NCBI RefSeq assembly: GCF_018977255.1
Contig: NW_024704743.1
Coordinates: forward strand, 45,386,001 to 45,450,000
Origin: Callorhinchus milii
Taxonomy: Eukaryota
Reading direction: 5' to 3'
DNA length: 64,000 bases
Each line of letters opens with the position of its first letter. The first letter of the stretch is position 1. Positions 51,081-63,355 of this stretch are shown one piece after another. A program made the translations under genes and the position numbers. The notes beneath the pieces are model-generated. The model ran no database searches and had not been told where the DNA came from. It saw only the letters and a list, made by a program, of their open reading frames with translations.

Positions 51081-51559
51081 TGGGTATCCTCTGTGGCGGG
51101 GGTTGTGGGTGGTTGGTGGGGGTGGGGGAGAGGGTAGGTAAGTGTGCTTCAGTATGACTTTTCAGGATCCTGAAGTATCAGTGAATTACATCTTGGAAAA
51201 AAACACTAGCCATGTCTAGAAAGGCAATGTACGGGATATACACCCATATAAGAGAATAATACAAAGGAGTATAGGCAATGCATGCCCATTTACAAAGTTA
51301 CTGTTGTTTCACCAGTGAACCTAGCAATGAATAATTGATTTGTAGATTTCCCGTGACTTTGCCATTAACTTTACTCAGTGAAAGTTGATTTGAAGATTCC
51401 CCTATTTAAGGTTATTGTTCGGTGCAGACCCTAATCTACAGGCACTAGAATCGATCCATATCACTTTGCAGTAACTCTCGTGCAAATTTGTTTAATAAGT
51501 CCCTATAAGAAATAAACATTTGGGGTAAAACCTCCCTGCCTCTCTGTCCTACTCACACC

Positions 51560-51865
51560 AGTCCTGTAGCTCAATGGTTAGATCACTTGCCTCACAAGCG
51601 AGAGACCTGGGTTTGATTCCCGGCAGGACGAAACCTTGGGCAAGTTTCCTTACTCCACATGCCTGAAAATAACCCCCCAAGAAAAAATAATAAATTAGGC
51701 ACTTCAATCCATGACTGATGTGGGACATTGCTGTGCACAATTGGCTGCTGTGTTTCACCCACAAATAATCAGTCAATTCACTTTACAGTATATTCTGTGA
51801 GGTGCTTTGAGACATCCAGAGGATATGAAAAGCACTATATCAAATGCAAGGATTATTATTATTAT
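51560..51865 (+). mobile_element. Short-form SINE with older diagnostic bases, TSD tactcaca, nested in an L2 fragment (~51530-52100)
   Basis: Lacks the long internal segment but has a family B-like head (cctcacaagcg, cctgggtttg); tactcaca at 51550-51557 and 51866-51873. Confidence 0.86.
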
Positions 51866-53649
51866 TACTCACAACCTTCGGACAACTGACTTGAGCCTTC
51901 TGTACTTCCCTCAACCCCTGCGCTCAATCACCGGTGGTTGTATTTTCAACCCCTATGTCTCTGGAACTCCTGCCTGAATCCCTTCTCCTTGCCCACTCTT
52001 TGCTAGTCTTCATTTCCCACCTGAAGAGCATCCTCTTTGACCATGCCTACAGTCACTATTGTTAACCACTCTGAGACGTTACCCCACATGAAGGGCATTA
52101 AATAAATAATAATAATTAGATTGCGTTTGATATAGCACCTTATCATGTCGTCCAGATATCTCAAAGAGCTTCACAGGATATATTGTAAAGTGGATTGACT
52201 GTGTATTGTGTAGGCGAAATGCTGCAGCCAAATTGCTCACAGCAAACAGAATGAAAGATGTTGTTTTTATTTATCACTGAGGTATGACTTGGATAACTAA
52301 CAGTATTGTCAGTTTTAGGTTGTACTCCTGGTACTTAGAGTTTTCTTACAAGTATTATCTTACTGACAAGTGCACCCACTGGATCAATTATTAGATATGT
52401 GTTGTCAGAAAAGCCCGAAGAATTGAATTTGCAAGATCTACAGGGAGAAATCAGGAGGATGCAAACCACGAAATGTAAACTAAATATTACATCCAAGTTT
52501 CCACATTGGACATGGAATGTATGTATAAATGGTGTGACACTTTTAATGTCAAGATGGATATTTAAGCTCTCTTTGACTCTAGAGGTTTGAAAAGATAAAA
52601 GAGATCTCAGTATACAAAATTGCCTAAAGAAAAGATTATAAACTTCAGCCTGTGAAAAAATAAAAGTCTCTTAACATGTTTTGGTGAGGTAAATGAAGAA
52701 CTGTTATGCATTTTGCAATCTGTTGGATTTATGACATTGAGTTTTTGGTGTATATGTGAAGTTAAAACTTAATTACATTAGGAGATCAGACAAGGCTGGG
52801 ATTGGGGTCTTTGAGAAGGAATTCAGCAGTTGGTAGGAAAACAGCTGGAAATCTATGGAACCTTTGTTTACTGGAGTGAATGATAATGTATTCTGTTTGG
52901 AAAATATCCTTCTATTGCTGAGTATGTATGCTTTTGCTACTGTTTGATAAATGCTTCAGAGCTTGCAATTTACAAAGTGTAGCACCTATTATAGAAATAT
53001 GCAAATTTATATTGTACGTCTTGTTCTAGCACAACCCCTAGACTGCTACTATATTTTATATAAATATATGCAAGTACATCATATGATATGTGGAAATGAC
53101 ATATAGGTTAGGCCAGTTTCCAGTTAGTAACCACTGACATGTATCCAACATGGTAATTCTCTTTGATGCTACACATACAGAAACACCAACAAACACCAAA
53201 ATAGTGTTATATTGTGGTTTGAAAATATAGTATTTAGAATTCTGTTCTCTGATCTTTTGTAGAATCTTTTCTCAACCAGGAAATGCTCATGATAATGACT
53301 CTGCTTTGCCAATATCGTGTTTTTAACCCTGTGGATTCATGTCCCATATCAAGATGTTGTAGGTTCATAGGTTAACATTCCAGTGCTGGGGGAATATTAT
53401 ACCATCAGATGTGCCATACTTCAGATGAGATGATGAGAAAAAGACAAGGACCTATCAGTCTATTCAGGTAGATGTTAAACAACCTACAACATTATTCAAA
53501 AAGAGAAGAGATGAAATGAATGACAAGTTTTATTTGGTGGATCATGGCCAGGATTGTCATTGATACTGACTTCCTGTTCAGGTTACACAAGGAATCCACG
53601 GCTGTGTGAAGCTTGTGTATGTTTTAGCCAATACATTGTGTTATTGATT

Positions 53650-53842
53650 GACCTCCTTAGCCTCCTTCAAGTCCCACCTTAAAACCCTCCTCTTCGACCA
53701 TGCCATCGGTCATCCCCCTTCCCTTACCCTCCCTTCTCTTCTCCCTGACCCCAGCTCGGGTTTGAAATGCTGTACACTCTCCAGCGCCTTGGGACATCCT
53801 CCTGACGTGAAAGGCTCTCCAAATGTAATCTTGTTGTTGTTT
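53650..53842 (+). mobile_element. L2 3' end fragment
   Basis: SFKSHLKTLLF then cagcgccttgggacatcctcctgacgtgaaaggct...aaatgtaatc(ttg)n. Confidence 0.82.
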
Positions 53843-55321
53843 TGGATTCTATTTCCCAGTTTATTCCTCCCTTCTTACACATTACACATTACAATGACTC
53901 TGATTCACTGAGTGAAGGCAGGTATAACCTAAGGAATCTACGTAATTGAGATTATTCCAGAACTTCATTAAATCACCAGGAGGCACTTGTAAGCGGGAAA
54001 AGAGACTTTTACCAGCCTACCCCAGGTGAATGAAATCAGCAACTATACCCTTTGAGGAAGACAGCATAAGAGGCTGAATTTTCTGCAATTTTCACTTAGT
54101 TCTCCTGGATTATTGTTCAACACTGTAGCAACTGAGTTACTGATGGAAATACAGCTGTGAATTTAGTTTAATTTGAAAAACAATAAGGTCTTGTTTGATT
54201 CTTTATTTAGTGGTTGTTACAAGTCCCTGCTGACATGTCCAAACTGACAAAATCTGTTTAATATACTCAGTTGTCACTGTGCTGAGACTGGGAGGATAGA
54301 AAATAGAAAGGCCAACTGTGGAAACAAGGGATACTGTTCCACATCGGGCTGTGTTGTTAATCTTGTTCACAGGGAGCTTAGTATTGTTGTTGACATGAGT
54401 CATTATGACATAGATGTCCTTCCTGCCGGCAGATGCCAAAAATGAGGAACATGTTATTTCCCACCTTCTTAAGCAACTAGCATTGCTTTGCTATAACTAA
54501 AGCACAGCTGACAGTGTAAAATGTTGTGTACCCTGTATTCTCTCCAATAACATTTCAAAGAGACACATTATGTCAGCAGCAAAAAAAAAACAGATTACAT
54601 TTGGTCATTCATCTCTTTTGCGATTAATGTAATATTAACATCTTTGCCTCAATAGCAATAATCCTTGCATTTGGGATAGCACCTGAGATGTCTGAAAGCG
54701 CTTCACAGAATATATTGTGAAGTGATTTGACTGTGTATTTTGTGGGTGAAACATGGCAGCCAATTGGGCACAGCAGTAAGTCCATAAGTCAATGCACCTC
54801 AAATAACTTGATGTGTGAAGCACATTGAGAATTTTTGATGTGATAAAGCATTATTATATCAAAAGCAAATATATTATTATACTAAGCATCTTTATTTTAG
54901 CATTTCCAGAAATAAAGGCTTGCTGTAAGTATTGAAAAGCATTGTGAATCAATGACTCTTCCTGGAAACACGAAGGCAGGCAATTTTGTACACTAGTTTA
55001 AGAGGCCAAAAGTTTATCAAACAAACTAGCAGAGCTTTGCCAGGTTCAGTTCTATGACCAACCTCTGAGCACAGCACTGTCATACATTGCATAATGAAGC
55101 CAACCAAAACTACAGTAGATGATCGTATTAAACACACGTTATCAATTTTAAATGTGTTCAAATAAAACTGGAAGAATCCAGCCGGAATTAATTCAATGAT
55201 ATCACATTGAATCTGTTCTGAAATGTTATGCCACAATGCATTAAGGATTTGCTACAAATTCCACACAGGATTAAAGTTTTCAATATTTCATAACTATCAC
55301 AGGAGTTAATTTGTGTGAAAG

Positions 55322-56197
55322 AAATAATAATAACCTTCACCTTTTGTATAACGACTTTCAAGTCAGGAGGATGTACCGAAGCATTTCATAGGATATACTG
55401 TAAAGTGATGTGTCTGTGTGTTTTATGGGCACACGCTGCAGCCAATTTACACCCAGCAATGACTCCCAAACAGCCATAAAGTGAGTGATGAATTTTATTT
55501 GGGGGATTGTTGGATAGGACACCAGGAGGAATTTCATTTTCTTTTTGAATAGTGCCATGGGATCTTTAACGTTGACCTAAACAGGCATATGGTACCTTGG
55601 TTTAATGTCTCATCCGAAGGATGGCACCTGCATTGGAGTGTCATCTTAGACAATATGAGTTCCAAGACTTGACATTGGGCTTCCCTCTCCCACATAAAGC
55701 TCTGTGAGCTGATCACCCCCATCCTCACCAGACTTCACTGGCTCCCCATCCTTCAGAAGATGGAGTTTAAAATCCTCGTCCTTTCTTTTAAATCCCTCCA
55801 TGGTCTTGCTCCTCCCTACATCTGCCACCTCGTAAAATGTTATCAACCTGCCTCCTTGGTGGGCTCTTGTCTGCTCCATCAGTGGTTGGGCCTTCAGCCT
55901 TTCTGTCCCTACCCTCCCGTACTCTTGGAGCCCCTCCGCCTTGCCCCCTCCCTTGCCTCCTTCAAGGCCCATCTTAACACCTTCACTGAGACCATGCCTT
56001 CGGTCCTCTTCCCATCTCTACCCCTTGGCCCGCCACCCCTCTTGACTTCAGGCTCTAGCTTGGGTGCAAACCCTTCATTGTCCATGCATTGGGGTATCTT
56101 TCCGATATTAAAGGCACTATATAAATGCAATTTGTTGTTGTTGTTGAACCCACAATCTTTGCACTCAGAAGCAAGAGTGCTACCAACTGAGAGAGCT
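55322..56197 (-). mobile_element. Old DeuSINE-type SINE (family C) interrupted in its head by an L2 fragment
   Basis: Body ends ...gacattgggctt at ~55682; head resumes tgaacccacaatc...gagtgctaccaactgag at 56144. Confidence 0.8.
55683..56145 (+). mobile_element. L2 3' fragment nested in SINE
   Basis: ITPILTRLHWLP..MEFKILVLSFKSLHGLAPPYI...SFKAHL; (ttg)n tail. Confidence 0.86.
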
Positions 56198-56235
56198 GTG
56201 AAATCTTGCAAACCTTATCACAATTAAAAAAAAAC

Positions 56236-56555
56236 AATAATAATAATAATCCTTGCACTTGATATAGCGCTTTTCACGTCGGGAAGACGTCTCAAAGCGC
56301 TTCACAGAACACACTGTAAAGTGAATTGACTGTATATTTGGGGGCGAACGCGGCAGCCAATTGCGCACAGCAATGTCCCACAAACAGTCATAGATTGAAA
56401 ATGACCAATTTATTATTGTTTTGTTTTGAAGGGATTATTATTAGGCTCTGTGTGGAGTAAGGAAACTTGCCCAAGGTTTCGCCCTGCCTGGAATTGAACT
56501 CAGGTCTCTCACTTGCAAAGCGAGTGCTCTAACCACTGGGCTACAGGGCTCCACA
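56236..56555 (-). mobile_element. Young full-length SINE (family A)
   Basis: Near-identical reverse complement of family A. Confidence 0.93.
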
Positions 56556-56984
56556 ATGCTTAAAAAGTGTTTGAGGTGGATATTTGATTTTTCTTATCAT
56601 ATTTTTATTATACAATTCTCTTTAAGAAACTAATTTTGGTATGAAAACTGCCTTCTACCCATCACGAAGCTCAGGCCCAAGGGGCAATTGAGTAAATGTC
56701 ATGCAAATACCATCCCTTTCAGAGGCAAATCCCAGCCGACTTGCAAGCTTCTTTCTGTGATCTGGCAGCGGGCTGAACAGGAAACTAAATAGGTTAGAGG
56801 TATAACATGATCCATGGAGTGGGAAAGAATATCAAAACTTTAATGGCTAAATCTTGTTGGTTGATGTTCATTTAAAAATTGGAAAACAACTGAACTCAGA
56901 ATTTAATAATTCCTCCCACTTGAGTATTAATCCAATGCAATATGCATCAGTCTGATAAACTTAACAGGACTCATTGGAGAGTTT

Positions 56985-57112
56985 CATAGATTCACAGATT
57001 CATAGAAAGTACAGCTCAGAAACAGCCCATCGGCCCATCCAATCCAACTGTGGTCTATAATCCATATGAATGTCCATCCTAGCCCTAGTCCCATAATCCA
57101 GCCCTTTCCCCA
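56985..57112 (-). mobile_element. CR1-type 3' tail fragment
   Basis: Reverse complement ends ...ggatgggccgatgggctgtttctgagctgtactttctatgaatctgtgaatctatg. Confidence 0.72.
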
Positions 57113-57401
57113 CTTTGCAAGTGAGAGACCTGAGTTCAATTCCAGACAGGGTGAAACCTTGGGCAAGTTTCCTTACTCCACACGCCTAATAATAATCCCT
57201 CCAAAACCAAAACCAATAATAAATTGGTCATTTTCAATCTACGACTGTTTGTGGGACATTGCTGTGCGCAATTGGCTGCCGAGTTTGCCCACAAATATAG
57301 AGTCAATTCACTTTACAGTGTGTTCTCTGAAGCGCTTTGGGACGTCCTCCCGACGTGAAAAGCGCTATATCAAATGCAAGGATTATTATTATTATTATTA
57401 T
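57113..57401 (+). mobile_element. Young SINE (family A), 5'-truncated at the anticodon loop
   Basis: Begins ctttgcaagtgagagacctgagttcaattcc; the rest is full length. Confidence 0.92.
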
Positions 57402-57557
57402 CACTCAACTTTATTCTCCCTCAACCATGTGTCCTTCTTTCTTGAACTAAAGAATATAAAATATATAATACATGTATATGTATTAGCATTCCATAAGTGA
57501 TTTAATATGCAGTTCAATTCTTTGTTTTACCATGGATCTCAATAATTGGATGCTATT

Positions 57558-57735
57558 TTCTCTTCAACTGTGCCTTCAGCTCCCCTCTCTACTCTCTATC
57601 CCCTCCTCGCTCCCTCCCTTCCCTCCCCTCACCCTGACTATTTCCCCCCTGCTCGGGTCCTGACCCAATGTACAGCCCCTTGGGACGTCCTCCCGACGTG
57701 AAAGACGCTCTATAAATGGAATCTTGTTGTTGTTG
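57558..57735 (+). mobile_element. Young L2 3' end fragment
   Basis: Matches 4980-5302 but with a single copy of the 46-bp unit. Confidence 0.9.
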
Positions 57736-57986
57736 TATTGCTAGTACTGAGTGGACATTGTTCATAGATGATAAATTTAAACAGTTTATTCTAAGACCTC
57801 AAACACTTCAGAGCATGAATCCTAGCCAGAAACTAACAGAGTTCCACTCCTCGGTTGTGTGTCACTTCAGCTCACTTGCTTCACCAGAGCTGTAGAATTA
57901 AACTTTTCAGCAATTGATCTTCAAAAAGATATTTTTTCTGTGAGAATCCTGATACTGATTACGTGCATAATCTAGGTGAGCTGCAT

Positions 57987-58346
57987 TAATAATAATCCTT
58001 GCATTTGATATAGTGCCTTATCATGTCATTGAGACGTCTCAAAGCTCTTCACAGAATATACTGCAAAGTGAATTGAATGTATATTTTGTGGGCAAAATGT
58101 GCACACAGCAGTGTCCCACAGACAGTCGTGGATTGAGTGACCAAATTATTATTTTTTTTGTAGGGATTATTACCCTCGGAAAGTGATCCGCCAATCGACT
58201 AATAACTGGGTTCCTACTTATTGCTAGGTAAACGGAGATGTGTGGAATAAAGAAATTTGCCTAAGGTTTTGCACCGCCCGGGAATTGAACCCGGGTCCTC
58301 TCACTTGCAAGGTAAGCATGCTAACCCCACAATGCTATGGGACTCC
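57987..58346 (-). mobile_element. Long older SINE (family B), full length
   Basis: Tail, long internal segment (gggttcctacttattgctaggtaaacgg) and head present. Confidence 0.87.
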
Positions 58347-58799
58347 TCCTGCATTTTGTGGGAGAAATGCGGCAGCCAGTTGTACACAGCAATGTGCATT
58401 GTGGATGATTAGATGAAACATCATGAATATGAAGAGGGAACTTAAGTCAGTTGTGCTACATGGAGCTGTCTGTGAGCACAGAATGTTGAGAAACATGAAA
58501 GCATTAAATGAATGCAGCTTTTATTATTTTTATAACAAAAATTAGTTTTCAGAAGCGCAGTGTAAAAAATAAACTCCTATTCATTGACATTACATTTAGC
58601 AAGAAACATTATGAAGCATTATGAAGGCATGATTATGTGCAGCCTGCAGATAATATATCCATTAAAATGTAAACATAGTGACTTGCTGTTCAATGGATCC
58701 TCGATTGTCCGTCCCCCACCTCTATTATCACTTAATATTTGGGAGAACGAATGGACAGAAACTACTTCAAGTAAGTAACAAAAGGATTCCTGTGCAGTT

Positions 58800-59290
58800 T
58801 TAAATCCACTACCTCTACTCTCCTATTTCTTGTCTATATGCTTCTCCTTGTTGACATCATTTGTAGGCATAGGATTAGTTTCCACGTGTACATCAATGAC
58901 ACCCAACTCTACCCTTCCACTTCAATCCTTGTTTCTAGCACAGTTTCCATTCTGAAAGTTGGACACCAATTCCCAGATGGACCTTAACATCCTTCAGCTA
59001 AATGACAACAAAACTGAAACTATCTTGGGTGACTCTTGCCAGTTTCTTCTTGCCTCTGGATTCAACTTTATAAACCTGCAAGGCTATATAATCTATACAA
59101 ATCTAAGTTGTATTGTATAAAACCGCTTTCTTCCATATCGAGAACCATTATATAGTGGCCCAATTTCACTCTCTTCACAGTGAAAACCTTCATTCAGGCC
59201 TCAAGGCTAGATTTCTCCCTTGTCAATCTGCCAGCTTCACTGCTTAAGCTCCAACTCATTCAAAACTCCACAGCCCGTATTCTTTCAACA
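58800..59290 (+). mobile_element. Very old L2 RT fragment
   Basis: tttccacgtgtacatcaatgacacccaactctac (FH.Y..DTQLY), cttcagctaaatgacaacaaaactgaa (LQLN..KTE), ctccaactcattcaaaactccacagcccgt (LQLIQNS.AR). Confidence 0.72.
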
Positions 59291-59576
59291 TGAATAAACA
59301 CCACACCAGTAACAACACTGTTTAAATTATCCTGCACTAAACTAGCATGCTGAGAGAAATCACTGGCTTTCTTCTCCAATCCCTGGGGATATGAATTGCA
59401 CAATATTCAGCTTGCAATTTTCAAATGGAAACCTGTTAAATCTTCCCTCAATTATTCGCCAAGAAAATACTCTCAATTATCCACCATTATGTGAATATCT
59501 GCGGTTCCACTGAAGTTAACCTATCATTCAAACATGAACAAAAATTTAGGTTTTGTTGTATCACTTATGAGTTTTA

Positions 59577-59925
59577 TCATAGAAACAGGAGTAGGCTATT
59601 CAGCCTCTCAAGCCTGTTCCACCATTTTATAAGATCATGGCTGATCTGTACCTTAAGTCCACTTACCCGCCTTAGCCCCATATCCCTTAATACCCTGAAC
59701 TAACAAATATATATATATTTCCTCCTATTTGAAAATGTGGATGGATCGAGCATTCACAGCCTTCCAGATTTCCACTACACTTTGGGTGAAAAACTGTCTC
59801 CTAATGTTACCCGTAAATAGTCTAGCTCTAATTTTAAGATTATGCCCCTTGTTCTGGATTTCCCCACCAGTTTCTCTATATCTAGCCTATCAAATCCCGT
59901 TATTATTTTAAAACCTCAATCAGAT
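59577..59925 (-). mobile_element. CR1 3' fragment
   Basis: catagaaacaggagtaggctattcagcctctcaagcctgttcc; same family as 13484 and 50478. Confidence 0.82.
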
Positions 59926-60004
59926 CATTATCATTAGTACCCCTTCTAAAATCAATGGTAGTGGAGAACTATGTTTTTTTATCTTTTTTTTAGATTTTTT
60001 CTGC

Positions 60005-60262
60005 TTGTTTTCAGATGACTTTAAAAGATCCCACAACCTTATTCAAAAAGAGAAAGGATTTTTTTCTGGTGTCTTGCCAAGCAATTCCCCAAATAAAATT
60101 GATCATTCAATTCGTGGCTGTTTATGCAATATTTCTGTGCCCAAAATTGTCTGCCACATTCACCTAAAAATGGAGTCGCTACACTTCACAGTAAATCATG
60201 TGAAGCACTTTGAGACATCTTGACAATGTGATAAGGCGCTATATTAAATGCATAGATTATTT
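60005..60262 (+). mobile_element. Old DeuSINE-type SINE, 3' part
   Basis: aaagatccc...tttctggtgtcttgcc...gtgaagcactttgagacatcttgacaatgtgataaggcgct. Confidence 0.72.
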
Positions 60263-60570
60263 TTATGATGAGTGCTGGGATATAATTCAAAGAAATAGCT
60301 TAAAGGTATACTGAGCCTGTCTAGCAGCATCAGTGTGAAGTTGCTGAATCATCACCTTTAGACATAGCCACTATTGACCGAAGATGTCACTCTGTGTGCG
60401 TGCATAAGATCTTTTCAATCACACTTTCAGCAGCCAATAGACTGATTTAGCAAATTCCAGCAAAAAATTTCCAGAAACCAGCATGAGAGGGAAAGTGGTT
60501 TTTAAACTTGATTCTCAGACTCTCATGGACCTAAGTTCCAACTAATTTTGTCAAATTTTGGTAAATAAGA

Positions 60571-60730
60571 TCAAATTTTAAAATCACGCAGGATTGTGGA
60601 GACTTCTTAAATTCAGTCTTAATTTGGTAGGCGGTTCTATTTAAGAACTGTAGATAATGGAATTTCAAATTAATACTGATTTGAGAATTTTCCACAATTC
60701 TTCACAGCCTTAAATTTTGAGGCAAAATAG
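60571..60730. mobile_element. Palindromic MITE-like element, copy 2 (opposite orientation)
   Basis: Same arms; the central tttaagaactgtaga is the reverse complement of tctacagttcttaaa in copy 1. Confidence 0.65.
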
Positions 60731-60770
60731 TAAATGGTATGAGAAGACCTGATGGACTAGTTAGAATTAC

Positions 60771-61064
60771 GTGTCAGCCTGGCTCAGTTGGTAAATCTTG
60801 CGCTTCTGAGTTAGAAGGTTGTTGGTTCACTTCAGGATTTTGAGCTCATAGTCTAACCTGACACACCAATACAGTGTGGTGCATTATCTGAGATGTGCTG
60901 CCCTTGGATGACACGTTAATCTCAGATCCTGTATGCCTGCTACGGTTGATGTTAAAGATCCCATGGCACTACTCAAAAAGAGTTTCTCGCAGGGTCCTGG
61001 CCAACAATCCTCCAGATAAGATTGATCATTCACTTCATGGCTGTTTGTGGGACGTTGCTGTGTC
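60771..61064 (+). mobile_element. Old DeuSINE-type SINE (family C), 5' part; tail appears to resume at ~61621-61720
   Basis: gtgtcagcctggctcagttggta head, aaagatcccatggcactact, ctgtttgtgggacgttgctgtg. Confidence 0.8.
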
Positions 61065-61122
61065 CAAGCACATTATGCATAGGCAGTCCTGCATACTGAG
61101 CGTGCACACTATGAAAAGGCAG

Positions 61123-61450
61123 TAATAATAATAATAATAATAATAATCCTTGCATTTGATATAGCGCTTTTTCACGTCAGGAGGACGTCCCAAAGCGCTT
61201 CACAGAACACACTGTAAAGTGAATTGACTGTATATTTGGGGGCGAACGCGGCAGCCAATTGCGCACAGCAATGTCCCACAAACAATCGTAGATTGAAAAT
61301 GACCAATTTATTAATGTTTTTGGTTTTGGAGGGATTATTATTAGGCGTGTGGAGTAAGGAAACTTGCCCAAGGTTTCGCCCTGCCTGGAATTGAACTCAG
61401 GTCTCTCGCTTGCAAAGCGAGTGCTCTAACCACTGAGCTACAGGACTCCA
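61123..61450 (-). mobile_element. Young full-length SINE (family A) with 8-9 bp target site duplication
   Basis: aaggcagta at 61116-61124 and 61450-61458. Confidence 0.94.
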
Positions 61451-62207
61451 AGGCAGTACCACTGAAGTTGAATCACAAAGCGTGTAATGGTAGCTTGCAG
61501 CAGGAAATTATGTCAATGGCGACCGGACAACCTGGAAGTCAGCCATTTTTGGGTGCTTCACTTATAACACGGCCTTTGAGAGATTGGATCCAGAGGACCA
61601 CAATGTAATGAGGTTGCCCTGGTCACACAGTTACTACACTTGACAGCAATTACATGTGAAGTGCTTTGAGATGTTTCGATGTTACGGGTTCTAAATCAAA
61701 TGAAAGCAACATTATTATTACAAATATACAGGCCCCCCACCCACCACCACCCCAAACCAATGTTTGTGGACCCTCACTGAGTGGACTCATATGGGAACAA
61801 TGACCAGTCTATTGCCTTATACAGTACCAATTTTTTTTGAATAGCATGCCAAAACTGAAGTTTTCTGTACATAATCCCTTACTCAATTAATGATTACACA
61901 GCTCGGATTCGATAAGCCTCAGTGGCAGCAGGAAGATATACAGCTTCCCCTTCATTCATTTCCAGGCTTGAATAGCCTATTTTTTGCAGTTAACTGGGTT
62001 TCAGGAACCAATGTGCCACACAAGCAGGAAATATTAGCCTCTATTTTAGATGAATGAAACATCCAGACTGCTGAAAATCACATTTTCATTCTGTCACTCT
62101 CCTGGTATTTATTTTCTCAAAAGTATTGCTGAATAAATGAACAGCTACTGGTATGTTTATTTTTGATCACTTTTCTCTGATTTTCCCTCTATTTCCGTCC
62201 AGTTCAA

Positions 62208-62625
62208 TGCTGAAGCATTGCATTGTCCGAGGTGGGGCCTTCAGACGAGATATTAAACCAAGGTCCTGTCTGCCTGTTCCAGGTGCACGTTAAAGATTTG
62301 GGGGAGAGAATGGAAGTTTCTCACGGTGCTATGGCAAACAATCTCCCAGATAAAATTGGTCATTAATTTTGTATCAGGAAAATGCCTCAAAGGGCTTTAC
62401 ACAGGTACCAGGGTGGGCGGAGGGGGAGAGAGTTGAAGAGGTGGGCAGGGAGAATAATCTCTCAGATAAAATTGGTCATTAATTTCATAGCTTTGTTGGA
62501 CATTGCTGTGTGTAAATTTGCTACGTTTGCCTAGAAAAACAGAGTCTGTACACTTTGCAATTTGTGGATTGCTTTGAGACACTTCAATGACATGTTAATT
62601 GTCAAAATCAAGGAATATTATTATT
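62208..62625 (+). mobile_element. Old DeuSINE-type SINE with an internal insertion at 62370-62455
   Basis: gcattgtccgaggtgg...gagatattaaaccaaggtcctgtctgcctg body; tail tcaaaatcaaggaatattatt. Confidence 0.76.
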
Positions 62626-62781
62626 TTCTATTTCTTAACTGTTTTCCAATTTTCATTTTATTTTCTCTGTCTTTCTGTCCTCCTCTCATATCCAGTGTGC
62701 ATTTTGTATCTTGTACACAATGCATTTTCCTGGCCATTAATTAAGTTGTTGAACAGATTTGTCTCCCTGACTCTGTTTCTT

Positions 62782-62903
62782 ATAATATAATAATATAATA
62801 ATAATCCTTGCATTTGATATAGTGCTTTTCACGTCTTCTAGACATCTCAAAGCGCTTCACACAATATGCTGTAAAGTGAATTGACTGTATATTTGTTGGC
62901 GAA
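62782..62903 (-). mobile_element. SINE tail fragment
   Basis: ataatccttgcatttgatatagtgcttttcacgtcttctagacatctcaaagcgcttcac. Confidence 0.82.
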
Positions 62904-62939
62904 AGTACTGTAAGTACTGTAAGTAACTTCTTGTAAGTA

Positions 62940-63072
62940 CTGAACCAGGGCACACTCAGTGCTGAGGGCAGGCGGACACCAGGTTGGAGGGAGTACTGGG
63001 AGAGGAAGGAGCGCAGATCACAGATGATAACTCGTTCCAGTATCTTGTAGAACCAGGGCAGGTTAGGTTTTG
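62940..63072 (-). mobile_element. L2 RT-domain fragment
   Basis: PNLPWFYKILERVIICDLRSFLSQYSLQPG resembles the L2 motif SNLPFLSKILE..V..QL..FL....QSGFR. Confidence 0.65.
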
Positions 63073-63189
63073 GATACAGACAGTACAATACAATGCAATA
63101 CAAATTACATTCGTATCGCACTGTTCATGTCAGGAGGACGTCCCATTGTCTGCATGTTAGTTTTTTTTGATAATGTGATTGGTTGTTGC

Positions 63190-63355
63190 TTTAAATAAAC
63201 AAATAAAACTTTCATTTATTTAGAGGCTTTCACATCAGGAGAACGCCTCAAAGGGCTTTACCCAGCTGACTAGGAACCAGGTTGGGAGGAGGGGGAGAGA
63301 GGTGAAGAAGGTGGGGAGGGAGAATGAATACTGAAAGCACGATCAAAGAGGTACG
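63190..63355 (-). mobile_element. L2 3' fragment
   Basis: gaggctttcacatcaggagaacgcctcaaagggcttt...purine-rich...aagcacgatcaaagagg. Confidence 0.62.
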
